A stretch of 64,000 nt of DNA from a virus. Taxonomy: Duplodnaviria; Caudoviricetes. Positions 10,413-18,808 of this stretch are shown here, piece by piece; within the stretch, counting starts at the first letter, position 1, and every line of letters begins with the position of its first letter. The stretch lies in the IMG/VR virus record IMGVR_UViG_3300047469_000103, positions 236,332-300,331 of that record; one strand, given 5' to 3'. The notes below the pieces were generated by a model, which saw nothing but the letters and a program-made list of their open reading frames with translations, made no database searches and was not told where the DNA came from. Made by a program: the position numbers and the translations under genes.

Positions 10413-11462
10413 TCACGAGGCCGAAATGCCCAGCCGGGCACAAGCCTTTTTAACTTCTTTTCGACCGGCTTTAATCATTTCTTTATCAAAGCCTTCTGCC
10501 ACCATGAACTCTTTTAAACCAAACATTGGATCAATATCAATGTTTTCCACTTTAATTGATTCATCTTCGGAAACATTCGATTTTTTCGCACCAGCTTTAT
10601 GAATGCCACCGGTAATGTTTGGGTATTGAATCATCAGGTCGGCTGGAATAGGAACGTCTTCAGCTACGTGCAGCTTGTAACGAACGTTATCTGCATAAAC
10701 CAGTTTCTTGTAATCATTGAGGTCATTAATCTCAACGTTCTGCAAAGTAAAGTTTGGTTTGTTTTCAACGAACTTATGTTGGAATGCAACCCGGTTTCCA
10801 TCCATGCTGGCTTTAAAATGAATAAAGCCTTTTGGCAATGCTTCACCAAAGTTTTTCTGGAATGGATTACCGCAATAAACGGCCCGCTTTGCTTTCATGA
10901 ATTGGTATTGGTGAATATGCCCGGAAATAGTGAAATCGTTTTTGTGGGTTTCCAATTCATGTTTGGTTTTCAATGAACGACCATTGTCACCAATTGCGCC
11001 GCTGTATTCAACGTGCGCAAAGTTTAATGCACCCTGTTTAGTGGACAGGGTTTTCAGGCATGGATACGGCAGGAAATTCACCGGTACGTTTTCGATTACA
11101 ACGCGTTCCGGTTTCAGGATGATTTTCAGACGCTTAAACGCTTTCGACGTTGCCAGCTTGTGCATGAAATTCATCGACGTATTTTCGATATCACCGAAGT
11201 CATGGTTGCCCATGATGTAATACGTGTAAAGGTTTTCATCGTGACGCAAAAACAAATCGTACAGCTTGCCGTAGGTATCCCAATCGAGGTCAGGTGTATC
11301 AGACAAATCGCCGGGAATAAATACGTGTTTAATACCGTTGCTATACGCGTACTGATAAATCTTTTCCATTTCCGCCAAGATGCGATCATTTGCATCGGGG
11401 AAATGTTTGTTCAAACCGTCAAGGTGAACGTCAGAAAATGCAATGCCTTCAAGATCAGCCAC
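10413..11462 (-). CDS. sbcD: SbcD/Mre11 (T4 gp47-like) metallophosphoesterase nuclease
   Basis: Motifs SDVH, GDLSD, GNHD, AH, SGHIH; Rad50-like partner 5 kb upstream. Confidence 0.9.
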   Translation of the reverse strand: MADLEGIAFSDVHLDGLNKHFPDANDRILAEMEKIYQYAYSNGIKHVFIPGDLSDTPDLDWDTYGKLYDLFLRHDENLYTYYIMGNHDFGDIENTSMNFMHKLATSKAFKRLKIILKPERVVIENVPVNFLPYPCLKTLSTKQGALNFAHVEYSGAIGDNGRSLKTKHELETHKNDFTISGHIHQYQFMKAKRAVYCGNPFQKNFGEALPKGFIHFKASMDGNRVAFQHKFVENKPNFTLQNVEINDLNDYKKLVYADNVRYKLHVAEDVPIPADLMIQYPNITGGIHKAGAKKSNVSEDESIKVENIDIDPMFGLKEFMVAEGFDKEMIKAGRKEVKKACARLGISAS

Positions 11463-11907
11463 GTTTTACTTCCACTGTGAATTGGATAAACTTCAAGGGG
11501 CGCGAAGGCTTGAATGAATATGGCATAACCATCATACCGATCAGGCCACGTCCGCGCTTTTTCGCCGTGCGTTTATTACGCAGAAAGATGTGCGTAATTC
11601 GTTCACCGTCAGCAGTGTTACCGCCGACCAAAACGCCACGTCGATTTCCTCGTTTTTCATCATTTACAGTATAGGATTCGACGATGCCTTCACCCGGCCC
11701 GCCGACTGTGAAATCATTAATGCCGCGCTTCTCTTTTAAATCGTTCAGAAATTCTTTGATTTTCGGTTTCGCGTCCTCGGTCAGTTCACCGATAAGCGGA
11801 GTCAGTTGCTCGCTAATATGCTGCACCATTCTGCGCACGTTGATTTCGTCGATGGCGCTACGTGCTGCGAAATCGTTGTGGACTTCGAATACTTCTTCAG
11901 TGTTCAA
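11455..11907 (-). CDS. stand-alone tail-sheath C-terminal-domain-like protein (~150 aa)
   Basis: SAIDEINVRR...FLNDLKEKRGINDFTV...FKPSRPLKFIQF matches the sheath C-terminal consensus (DRINVRR ... KPxRxxxFI); TTG start at 11907 inferred. Confidence 0.6.
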   Translation of the reverse strand: MNTEEVFEVHNDFAARSAIDEINVRRMVQHISEQLTPLIGELTEDAKPKIKEFLNDLKEKRGINDFTVGGPGEGIVESYTVNDEKRGNRRGVLVGGNTADGERITHIFLRNKRTAKKRGRGLIGMMVMPYSFKPSRPLKFIQFTVEVKRG

Positions 11908-12223
11908 GTTTATATTCCTTTGTGCGCAGACATGAACCGAAATAAATCTGTTTGTTGTGCAGGTTGTTGACGAACGCCAAACGCTCTTCGTCGAGTTCGA
12001 AACGCTGTGCAATTTCTGCGAGCGTATCATTCGTTTTGATGTGGTAAATGCCGAAGCTTTCCACCAAATCACGTTCGTACTGAATTTCATTGAACGCATC
12101 AGCCGGAAGAGTGTAGACGCAACGCTTCCTGAAAATCGGATGGTCGTTAACGTGTACTTTTTCGATCAGATGTTCGATTAATTCTTCACGATCCATTTCG
12201 ACTGCTGCGTTCATTTCAATCAC
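11897..12223 (-). CDS. LysM-domain protein
   Basis: C-terminal YHIKTNDTLAEIAQRFELDEERLAFVNNL...IYFGSCL; GTG start overlaps upstream stop. Confidence 0.75.
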   Translation of the reverse strand: MIEMNAAVEMDREELIEHLIEKVHVNDHPIFRKRCVYTLPADAFNEIQYERDLVESFGIYHIKTNDTLAEIAQRFELDEERLAFVNNLHNKQIYFGSCLRTKEYKLEH

Positions 12224-12576
12224 CGTAGTTTGATTACTTGGCCGGGGAAGATCAGGTGTGGATTTTCCAGATTGTTCAACGTAGCGAGAGTGCGCCACGA
12301 ATGGCCGGTGCCTTCACCGATGTGCGAGAGCGTATCGCCTTCTTGCACAATGTACATGCCGTATTCTTTCGACACCGCATAACGCAGTTTTTTCTTCAGC
12401 GTTTTCAGTTCTTCGCCGGTGATTTCGTGGATTTCCAGACCATGCGCAGTGTGGCGAGCGACGGTATCTTTAATCGCATGATTTGCAGCAACGATTGTTG
12501 CGCCCGGTGACACAGAGATTTTGCCGTCCGTGTTGATATTCACATTACCGGCAGAAATATTGACTTCGGTATTCAT
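12220..12576 (-). CDS. LysM-domain protein
   Basis: C-terminal YIVQEGDTLSHIGEGTGHSWRTLATLNNLENPHLIFPGQVIKL is canonical LysM; start MNTEV by ATGA overlap. Confidence 0.9.
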   Translation of the reverse strand: MNTEVNISAGNVNINTDGKISVSPGATIVAANHAIKDTVARHTAHGLEIHEITGEELKTLKKKLRYAVSKEYGMYIVQEGDTLSHIGEGTGHSWRTLATLNNLENPHLIFPGQVIKLR

Positions 12577-12938
12577 GAGATTGCAGGTGCCTCGTCGATT
12601 TTCAGTTCTTCGGGAGTTTTGATATTCCGTGCGGCCCACATACTGGCACGCAGGCGATTCAAACCTTCGACACTCATTTGATCTTGCGCATAACTTTCTT
12701 CGGTGTGGAACGGATGATCGACGTGGCCGATAGTGCCAACATTCGGAAATTTCTTACCGAACTTTTGCAGCTTGGCTTCTTCGTCGAGATTGCGAATGTG
12801 CTGATTGAACTGGCGCAGCATTTGGTCATAAGCGGCACGCTGATAAACATATGCGTTTTGCGGTTCGAAATTCCCGAGGTTTGCTTGCTGGATACAGTGC
12901 GCCAGAAACTTTACGGGCGGGCGAATTGGGATAGCCAT
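12573..12938 (-). CDS. hypothetical protein carrying an EF-Tu-identical peptide [10 protein letters not shown]
   Basis: 121-aa ORF; peptide at 12714-12743. Confidence 0.7.
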   Translation of the reverse strand: [121 protein letters not shown]

Positions 12939-12950
12939 GACGGTTCCTTG

Positions 12951-13421
12951 TTAATACGAATGTGTGAAATTCAGCGTGTAACGTTTGCCGTGAACACGAG
13001 CGAGACGCTGGCTACGGAATTCGATTTCGACGTTCGCAATACCCGTGTGATAAATCAGGGTAGCGCCGCGCTTGTGGGAGCGAACCGAAAAACGTTTGTA
13101 ATCTGGCGGATTGTTAATTGCGCCGTACCAGTTCTGCATGAATTTGTGTGCGGCGTTCGATTGCTCGAAATAGCTGTGTGACGAAACCGGTTTTGATGGT
13201 TTACGCTCGTGGAAAATCGAACCTGTTTCTTTGTCCGCATTCAGCGTAACGTTCATCATCTGCGAAGGGAATACGCCGGGGTGACGGGCGTTAACTTCGA
13301 ACAGCGGCATGCCGTCAAATTCAATCGTCCATTTCTGCGCTGTTTCTTTTGGTGCAACGTTGCCAATCCACACGTGACCGGTAACGTCCATCAAATTCGC
13401 TGGTGAACTTTGCTCTACCAT
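12951..13421 (-). CDS. hypothetical protein (FRSxRxA family member 1)
   Basis: 156-aa ORF; C-terminal SHKRG...FRSQRLARV. Confidence 0.7.
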   Translation of the reverse strand: MVEQSSPANLMDVTGHVWIGNVAPKETAQKWTIEFDGMPLFEVNARHPGVFPSQMMNVTLNADKETGSIFHERKPSKPVSSHSYFEQSNAAHKFMQNWYGAINNPPDYKRFSVRSHKRGATLIYHTGIANVEIEFRSQRLARVHGKRYTLNFTHSY

Positions 13422-13873
13422 CCCCGTCTTCCTATGCCGTGTTTTTTCATATCCACGCGGGCTTCACGCGCAGAACGATATTCGTACCAATAAGTCGTGC
13501 TGGTATTGTCTTTCGGGTTACGTTCCCAAACATAAACCATAACTTTTCCGCGACGATGCACGAGCGAGTAAATGTATTTCGTTTGGTATTTCGGATTCGG
13601 TTGATACACGTCGCAGATAATTGAAATTCCGGTCAACGTGCCTATGCTTCCGGTCAACAGTGGCGCAGTGTCAACGGGAACCGGTTCGACTGTTTCAGCA
13701 GCGCCCGTACCGTAATGCGCTTCACATGGCCGCGCTGGTAATGACCACGGATAATCCATCGGCATTGTGTAGATGCCACCGCCTTTTTTCATGCGCGGTA
13801 ATTCGTTACGCTGTTCTGTACAGCGCACGTTTTCCAATTCACTTAAAACCCATCCTTTCATCCCGTCCATCAT
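13415..13873 (-). CDS. hypothetical protein (FRSxRxA family member 2)
   Basis: Start MMDGMK by ATGA overlap; C-terminal HRRG...YRSAREARV. Confidence 0.7.
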   Translation of the reverse strand: MMDGMKGWVLSELENVRCTEQRNELPRMKKGGGIYTMPMDYPWSLPARPCEAHYGTGAAETVEPVPVDTAPLLTGSIGTLTGISIICDVYQPNPKYQTKYIYSLVHRRGKVMVYVWERNPKDNTSTTYWYEYRSAREARVDMKKHGIGRRGW

Positions 13874-14229
13874 GCCTGTGCCTCTACCGGTTTTGGTTTC
13901 CACAACTTGGCAAACTTCAGAACGTTCGGCACGTTGTCAGATTCAACCGGGAGGATAACCAGACAGGAAGGCTGTGCATCGCAAATTGTGTTCTCGTGGC
14001 CTTCGTGGCACACCAGAGTTTCACGAATTTTATCAAACTCGCGACGGTTCACACGCAGCACAACTTTACGGAAAGAATCGTTCAACCATTTGTGATAGCA
14101 AAGGAACTCTGCGTCTGGCCGAAGTGGCGATGCGAATCTTATATGTGCCGTCAGAATCGAATGCGCAACCAGCGTCGGCACCATGTAGTCGGGAGCGTCG
14201 TCGAGGACTGCGATGTACATCTTTTTCAT
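13870..14229 (-). CDS. peptidyl-tRNA hydrolase type 2 (PTH2)-like protein
   Basis: KMYIAV...VAHS...W..SFRKVVLRV...SCLVILP...LKLW pattern typical of the PTH2 fold in phages. Confidence 0.7.
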   Translation of the reverse strand: MKKMYIAVLDDAPDYMVPTLVAHSILTAHIRFASPLRPDAEFLCYHKWLNDSFRKVVLRVNRREFDKIRETLVCHEGHENTICDAQPSCLVILPVESDNVPNVLKFAKLWKPKPVEAQA

Positions 14230-14540
14230 TTCTTCGCCCTTCTATTTTTGATCCAGACCTTCGCGGTACGCAGGCTACGGAATTTCAGAACGCTACCCTT
14301 TGGCAGCAACAGGAAAACAATCGCGCCCCACTTCGACGAATACACAGACGCGTAATCCCACGCAAGTTTTTTCCATTCGTCTTCGGGAACCTGCATCGCG
14401 TCAATGCGCGCAACAGCACGGCGATTGCGACGGTATTCAGTTTCGAGTTTTGCTTGAGGCAGACGGGTTTGGTACAACTTCAAAAGCGTCATGCCATCAT
14501 CGCGAACCATGCTACGCAAATCCCAATTCTGAGTCGTCAT
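14226..14540 (-). CDS. hypothetical protein (FRSxRxA family member 3)
   Basis: Start MTTQNW by ATGA overlap; C-terminal SSKWG...FRSLRTAKVW. Confidence 0.7.
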   Translation of the reverse strand: MTTQNWDLRSMVRDDGMTLLKLYQTRLPQAKLETEYRRNRRAVARIDAMQVPEDEWKKLAWDYASVYSSKWGAIVFLLLPKGSVLKFRSLRTAKVWIKNRRAKK

Positions 14541-14851
14541 TTTATAGATGCCCTGAATTCTTTTACCCACATTTTCGCATAGCGACGGGAACGGAATTTC
14601 GTAACCTGTCTGATCGGGTAGATCGTGTGGACGTTAACGCCGCGACGGTGCGAGCTAACGAGGGCTACGCGCTTCAGCGAATCCATCATTTGCTTCTGTT
14701 TCACGCGTGCGAATTCTACAAAGCGTGCATTCGATACAGCCATTTGTGCAGCGTAAGACGACGTGTCTACTGCACCGTTTAAAAACTCTTCAGACAGGCC
14801 CAGCGCTGCCAGCTTCTGTCGGTTCATTTCTTCCAGAGTCGGATTGTCCAC
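14537..14851 (-). CDS. hypothetical protein (FRSxRxA family member 4)
   Basis: GTG start after AAGGA RBS (alternatives 14869, 14878); C-terminal SSHRRG...FRSRRYAKMW. Confidence 0.65.
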   Translation of the reverse strand: MDNPTLEEMNRQKLAALGLSEEFLNGAVDTSSYAAQMAVSNARFVEFARVKQKQMMDSLKRVALVSSHRRGVNVHTIYPIRQVTKFRSRRYAKMWVKEFRASIK

Positions 14852-15101
14852 TTGCGTGTTCCTTTTCATGGCGGGCAATCGCCTCTGTAATAAAATTCAG
14901 AGCGTAGCAATTTGCGCGCACGTAATTGTAACCAGCGTAACCGTCGGAGAATACAACCAGAGCCGGGTACGATTTCGGGTAGCCTTTGATATCTGGTTTG
15001 CTGTCGCTGTTCCAGAATTCTTTGGCCGCTTGTTTGAAGCCTGCTTGCGTCCGCACGATGTACAGGCACGGCGTAAGTTTTTCGCGATTATCTGTAATCA
15101 T
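14790..15101 (-). CDS. hypothetical protein
   Basis: 103-aa ORF with ATGA coupling to the upstream gene; 3' end overlaps the next gene. Confidence 0.6.
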   Translation of the reverse strand: MITDNREKLTPCLYIVRTQAGFKQAAKEFWNSDSKPDIKGYPKSYPALVVFSDGYAGYNYVRANCYALNFITEAIARHEKEHASGQSDSGRNEPTEAGSAGPV

Positions 15102-15850
15102 TTTGCCTTCGCCTTTTTCATACCTTTGACGACCACGCCTTTGTTGATCGCACGAATGTATCGCAATTCGTAAGCACTGATTTTCAACTGCTTTGCAATA
15201 TCGTCTTCCTCACCTTCCATCTGCAACGCTTCCCGGTACAGGATCGCTGTCGGACTGGTTAACAAATCACTCATTCGTTTGACTTGTTTATCAGTGAGCG
15301 GCACGGTCTGGCGTAGCTTATCCAATCGTTTACAGTATTGACTGAAACTCTCTTTCGAAGCCATCCACTTGCACACCAGTTCCTTGATTGGCTTCTGGTG
15401 CGTCTCGCTTGGCGTGAGATAAACAAACGTCATAAACTGCATCAGGAATGTGGCTTGTTGCTTCGCGTGATCCTTTGCCATTTTCACAATGTCGAAAGGC
15501 AGGCGCACGATTGGAATGTCAGGGCATTTATCCAGACGAACACACGGCGTCAATGCGAAGCCGTCGATGTGAAAGAATTCTTCTGCGCGGTAATCGGCAG
15601 GCGTGAAACTGAATTGCGAAAGCGCGATTGGATCGTCGCACACGTAGGACTGTGCTTTGCGCAGTTCCAGTCCTTCGCGGTTCCGCTGAAAAGAATGCAC
15701 ACTCATAAAAATGAAATGCGCACGCTTGTTTTTGCGGTCGATGATTTCGTTATCACCAACGATATAAACGTCAGAACGTTCGATACCTTCGCCGCGTAGC
15801 TTGAGCAATACTTCGTCAGGTGCCTTATGGGCGAACGCAAAAACTTTCAT
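15098..15850 (-). CDS. hypothetical protein
   Basis: 250-aa ORF. Confidence 0.75.
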   Translation of the reverse strand: MKVFAFAHKAPDEVLLKLRGEGIERSDVYIVGDNEIIDRKNKRAHFIFMSVHSFQRNREGLELRKAQSYVCDDPIALSQFSFTPADYRAEEFFHIDGFALTPCVRLDKCPDIPIVRLPFDIVKMAKDHAKQQATFLMQFMTFVYLTPSETHQKPIKELVCKWMASKESFSQYCKRLDKLRQTVPLTDKQVKRMSDLLTSPTAILYREALQMEGEEDDIAKQLKISAYELRYIRAINKGVVVKGMKKAKAK

Positions 15851-16006
15851 TTATTTATCCTTCGGGCATTTGGCTCGGATCGCAGCCAGTTCTTCGTTGG
15901 CACGTAGGCGAGAGGTAGCGAGGCGGGCGTCTCGGTTGAAGTGATTCTGCGCCCGGAAATACGTGAAGTTGTTCAGAAATTTCGTGTGACGCAATTCGAC
16001 AGACAT
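15851..16006 (-). CDS. small hypothetical protein (51 aa), absent from ORF track
   Basis: MSVELRHTKFLNNFTYFRAQNHFNRDARLATSRLRANEELAAIRAKCPKDK; purine-rich RBS GAAGGGAAA; stop abuts the next ATG. Confidence 0.65.
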   Translation of the reverse strand: MSVELRHTKFLNNFTYFRAQNHFNRDARLATSRLRANEELAAIRAKCPKDK

Positions 16007-16018
16007 TGTTGTTTCCCT

Positions 16019-16324
16019 TCAGGAATAACCACGCTGCGTAAAGTTCGCAGTCAGGTTGATTGTGTCGAGCAAGCCGAAACTGAAAACAATTTCGACGTGC
16101 CCAAGATGGTCAAATTGCAGACCGATAATGCGCGGGTATTCGACGGTTTCCAATTCAGCGACAAGGTTGGTGCTGTAGTGATACGCAGTCTCGCCATACT
16201 TCGGATTAATCTGCGTCAGCATCGCCAGCAATTCTTCGCCTTTGAAATGACGCACAGCGCGTTCGACTTCGCTGGCGTCAGTCACGAAATATTGACCGGG
16301 TTTAATGTTTGCAAAATTGCTCAT
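16019..16324 (-). CDS. hypothetical protein
   Basis: ORF; likely start MSNFANIK. Confidence 0.65.
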   Translation of the reverse strand: MSNFANIKPGQYFVTDASEVERAVRHFKGEELLAMLTQINPKYGETAYHYSTNLVAELETVEYPRIIGLQFDHLGHVEIVFSFGLLDTINLTANFTQRGYS

Positions 16325-16508
16325 GGCGCATCCGGGCTTCGTTAATGGCACGATTACTATCGACGATGGTTTCCATCATGGCCGTAGGACTCATGCGCCA
16401 GCGTGGAATAACTACGTCGGTTTGAATTTTCACGCCACCGGGCAACGGCAGTTCCGCCGCTACTCGCCAGCCGATTTTCTCTTCGTTACATTTCCATTGA
16501 ATTTTCAT
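16302..16508 (-). CDS. hypothetical protein
   Basis: 68-aa ORF with ATGA overlap to the sbcC stop. Confidence 0.6.
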   Translation of the reverse strand: MKIQWKCNEEKIGWRVAAELPLPGGVKIQTDVVIPRWRMSPTAMMETIVDSNRAINEARMRHEQFCKH

Positions 16509-18808
16509 TGTTCAAGCTTCACTCTTGAAACGCCTTTGTGTTTCTCGACAGTCACGTAACTGCAATCGCTGTGAACGTGTTTGCCCTTTTGTGTAATCAG
16601 GAAAACATGCGGCACAAGGGTACGCAGGAACGGAATGTAACGATCAGCAAAAAGCGTGATTGTTGTTTCGTCCATGTGTGCATCTGGTTCGTCGAGGATC
16701 GCGATGTTAACCCGTCGATCAGCCTTCGCCATAATCACGCAAGCGAGGAAGTGCAACAGACGGAAACTATCGGATTCTGCGCCGGACAATTCACGAACGT
16801 CGGATACGTTGCCGTTGCCCCGGTCAACGATGATATGCACGCCATCGTCTTTTGCCACTACGTTGAACTTGAATGGCTCAGCGAAAATCAAGTTGGCAAA
16901 TCGGTTGTAATGTTGCTCCAACTGATAAACGATTTGGTGCATCGCGTGCAGCTTCAAGCCCTTGTTGCTGTAGGCTTTCGACATTGCTTTGTACAACTGC
17001 AATTTCTTTGTCAGCGGTTCCAGCTTTTCAATCTCACCGCTGATTTGATCGCGTTGTTTCGACAGCAGTTTGAATTCAGCGCGACGGCTACCGTGCTTGA
17101 CGGAAATCTCATACGCTTTTTCGTATTTCTTTTCGACCTTCTTCAGCTTGGCGGCAGTCTCTTCTAGCTCGGCGGTCAAGCCTTTGTCTTCTGGCACTTC
17201 TTCGAATTCAGCAAGGCGCTCTTTCAGCGCTTTGATTTCATCGAGGATTTCAACCTGTGCTTCGATTTGTTCCAGCGTGAGTTTGACAGAAACTTTAGGC
17301 GCTTTCGGCTTCTTCAGTTCGGACATTTGCTCAGTGATTTCGTCAAAGCGTGCAGCGTTTTCCAGCTTGTCGGTCAGCGTCTCAAGTTCTTCGTTAGACT
17401 TCTTCAGAGTCTTTTTCAGCGCGTAATAATCACGCTCGTTAAACTTGAGTTTTTCGATGATCGCTTTGTTGGTCGTGCGCGTCTCACGGATTTCGAAAGC
17501 GTGAATCATCGACAGCAGCAAACCTTTACGCTTCTTCGCAGCCTTCAGACTTTTCTCAAGGTCTTTCAGGTTGATTTTCTGCATACAGGTCGGGCAGTTG
17601 CCGTCGTCGTGTTCGTGCAGCAAGTCAGAAAGTTTCAGCGTGGTTTTCACCATGCCTAATTCTTCCTTCATTTCTTCCATCGGATCAAGCTTTTGCTTAT
17701 TGCAACGACTCAAGAAGCTGCGCAGTTCTGGCTCAGTGTGATCGTCGAGGTTTTCCAGTTCCCGCACGGCTGCGTCGAATTCATCGCGGACTTTTGTCTG
17801 CCGCTTGTATTCAACTTCCATCGTTTCAATTTCAGCACGCAATTCTTTGACGCGTTTCTTCAGCTTTTTACCGCCGCCGCAATCGCCAAGTTCTTCCAGC
17901 TTTTTCGTTAGGCGCTTGGCAGTTTTGGTATAGGTGTCCAACTCTTCGTGATACGACTCGGCTGCCTCAAGTTCTTTGTACATCGCCTTCAATTCTGGCT
18001 TTGTATATTTCGCTTTCTTTTGCAGCTTCGCCAGCTTCGACTTTGCAGACGCATAAAATTCCACTTGCTTCATGAGCGAGCGGAGTTCCTGTGTGCGGGT
18101 CTGCAATTTGGTAACTTTCTTGGCCTGAGATTTCACAACCTCGGTGGCTTCGTCGAGTTCCTTTTGGCGGTGTCGATTCCAACCATTTTTATTCAGCGCG
18201 TCATTCGTGTTAAGCAGGTTTTTGCTATGCACGTCGGCTTTGTTCTGCGCGATCTTGACCGCATCAACTTGCTTGTCGAAATACTTGCGCAGAATATCGA
18301 ATTGATCCAGTCGCCACACGGCAGTGATATACGACATACGCGTTCGCGCCGTGCCATACATAAAGTCGAGTTTTTTCTGCGACTGGAGGTGAACGTAGGA
18401 ATACCATTCATCCGAGGTCAGCGGAATAATCTTTTCGATCCATTCGCGCTGTGCAGCTTGACCACGGACTTCCAAATCGGTGCCATCGCGGATGATTTTG
18501 TAGCCGCTTCCGCTTTGGCGAATCGTCCATTTGTGCCCGAGGTTTTCCACGTCGATTTCGATATGGGAACCTTTCGAGTGAATCCGGTTTTTCTTGCGAG
18601 TATCTGCCAACGGCATTTGTTCAAAACGCACGTTGGGCAGCATGCCAAACAAAACAGATTTACCGGCGCCGTTGTTGGTCTTCTTTGAAATCAGAGAGTC
18701 ACGGTTGTGGCCGCTTACAACGGTGAAGCCACAGTTATTCGTGAAATCAAATGCACCTTCTTTGTACGATACAACGCCATTGAAACGACTGCCGGTAATA
18801 TCAATCAT
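16505..18808 (-). CDS. sbcC: SbcC/Rad50 (T4 gp46-like) SMC-family ATPase
   Basis: Walker A NGAGKS, coiled coils with CPTC zinc hook, signature LSGAE, Walker B ILDEP, H-loop. Confidence 0.92.
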   Translation of the reverse strand: MIDITGSRFNGVVSYKEGAFDFTNNCGFTVVSGHNRDSLISKKTNNGAGKSVLFGMLPNVRFEQMPLADTRKKNRIHSKGSHIEIDVENLGHKWTIRQSGSGYKIIRDGTDLEVRGQAAQREWIEKIIPLTSDEWYSYVHLQSQKKLDFMYGTARTRMSYITAVWRLDQFDILRKYFDKQVDAVKIAQNKADVHSKNLLNTNDALNKNGWNRHRQKELDEATEVVKSQAKKVTKLQTRTQELRSLMKQVEFYASAKSKLAKLQKKAKYTKPELKAMYKELEAAESYHEELDTYTKTAKRLTKKLEELGDCGGGKKLKKRVKELRAEIETMEVEYKRQTKVRDEFDAAVRELENLDDHTEPELRSFLSRCNKQKLDPMEEMKEELGMVKTTLKLSDLLHEHDDGNCPTCMQKINLKDLEKSLKAAKKRKGLLLSMIHAFEIRETRTTNKAIIEKLKFNERDYYALKKTLKKSNEELETLTDKLENAARFDEITEQMSELKKPKAPKVSVKLTLEQIEAQVEILDEIKALKERLAEFEEVPEDKGLTAELEETAAKLKKVEKKYEKAYEISVKHGSRRAEFKLLSKQRDQISGEIEKLEPLTKKLQLYKAMSKAYSNKGLKLHAMHQIVYQLEQHYNRFANLIFAEPFKFNVVAKDDGVHIIVDRGNGNVSDVRELSGAESDSFRLLHFLACVIMAKADRRVNIAILDEPDAHMDETTITLFADRYIPFLRTLVPHVFLITQKGKHVHSDCSYVTVEKHKGVSRVKLEQ

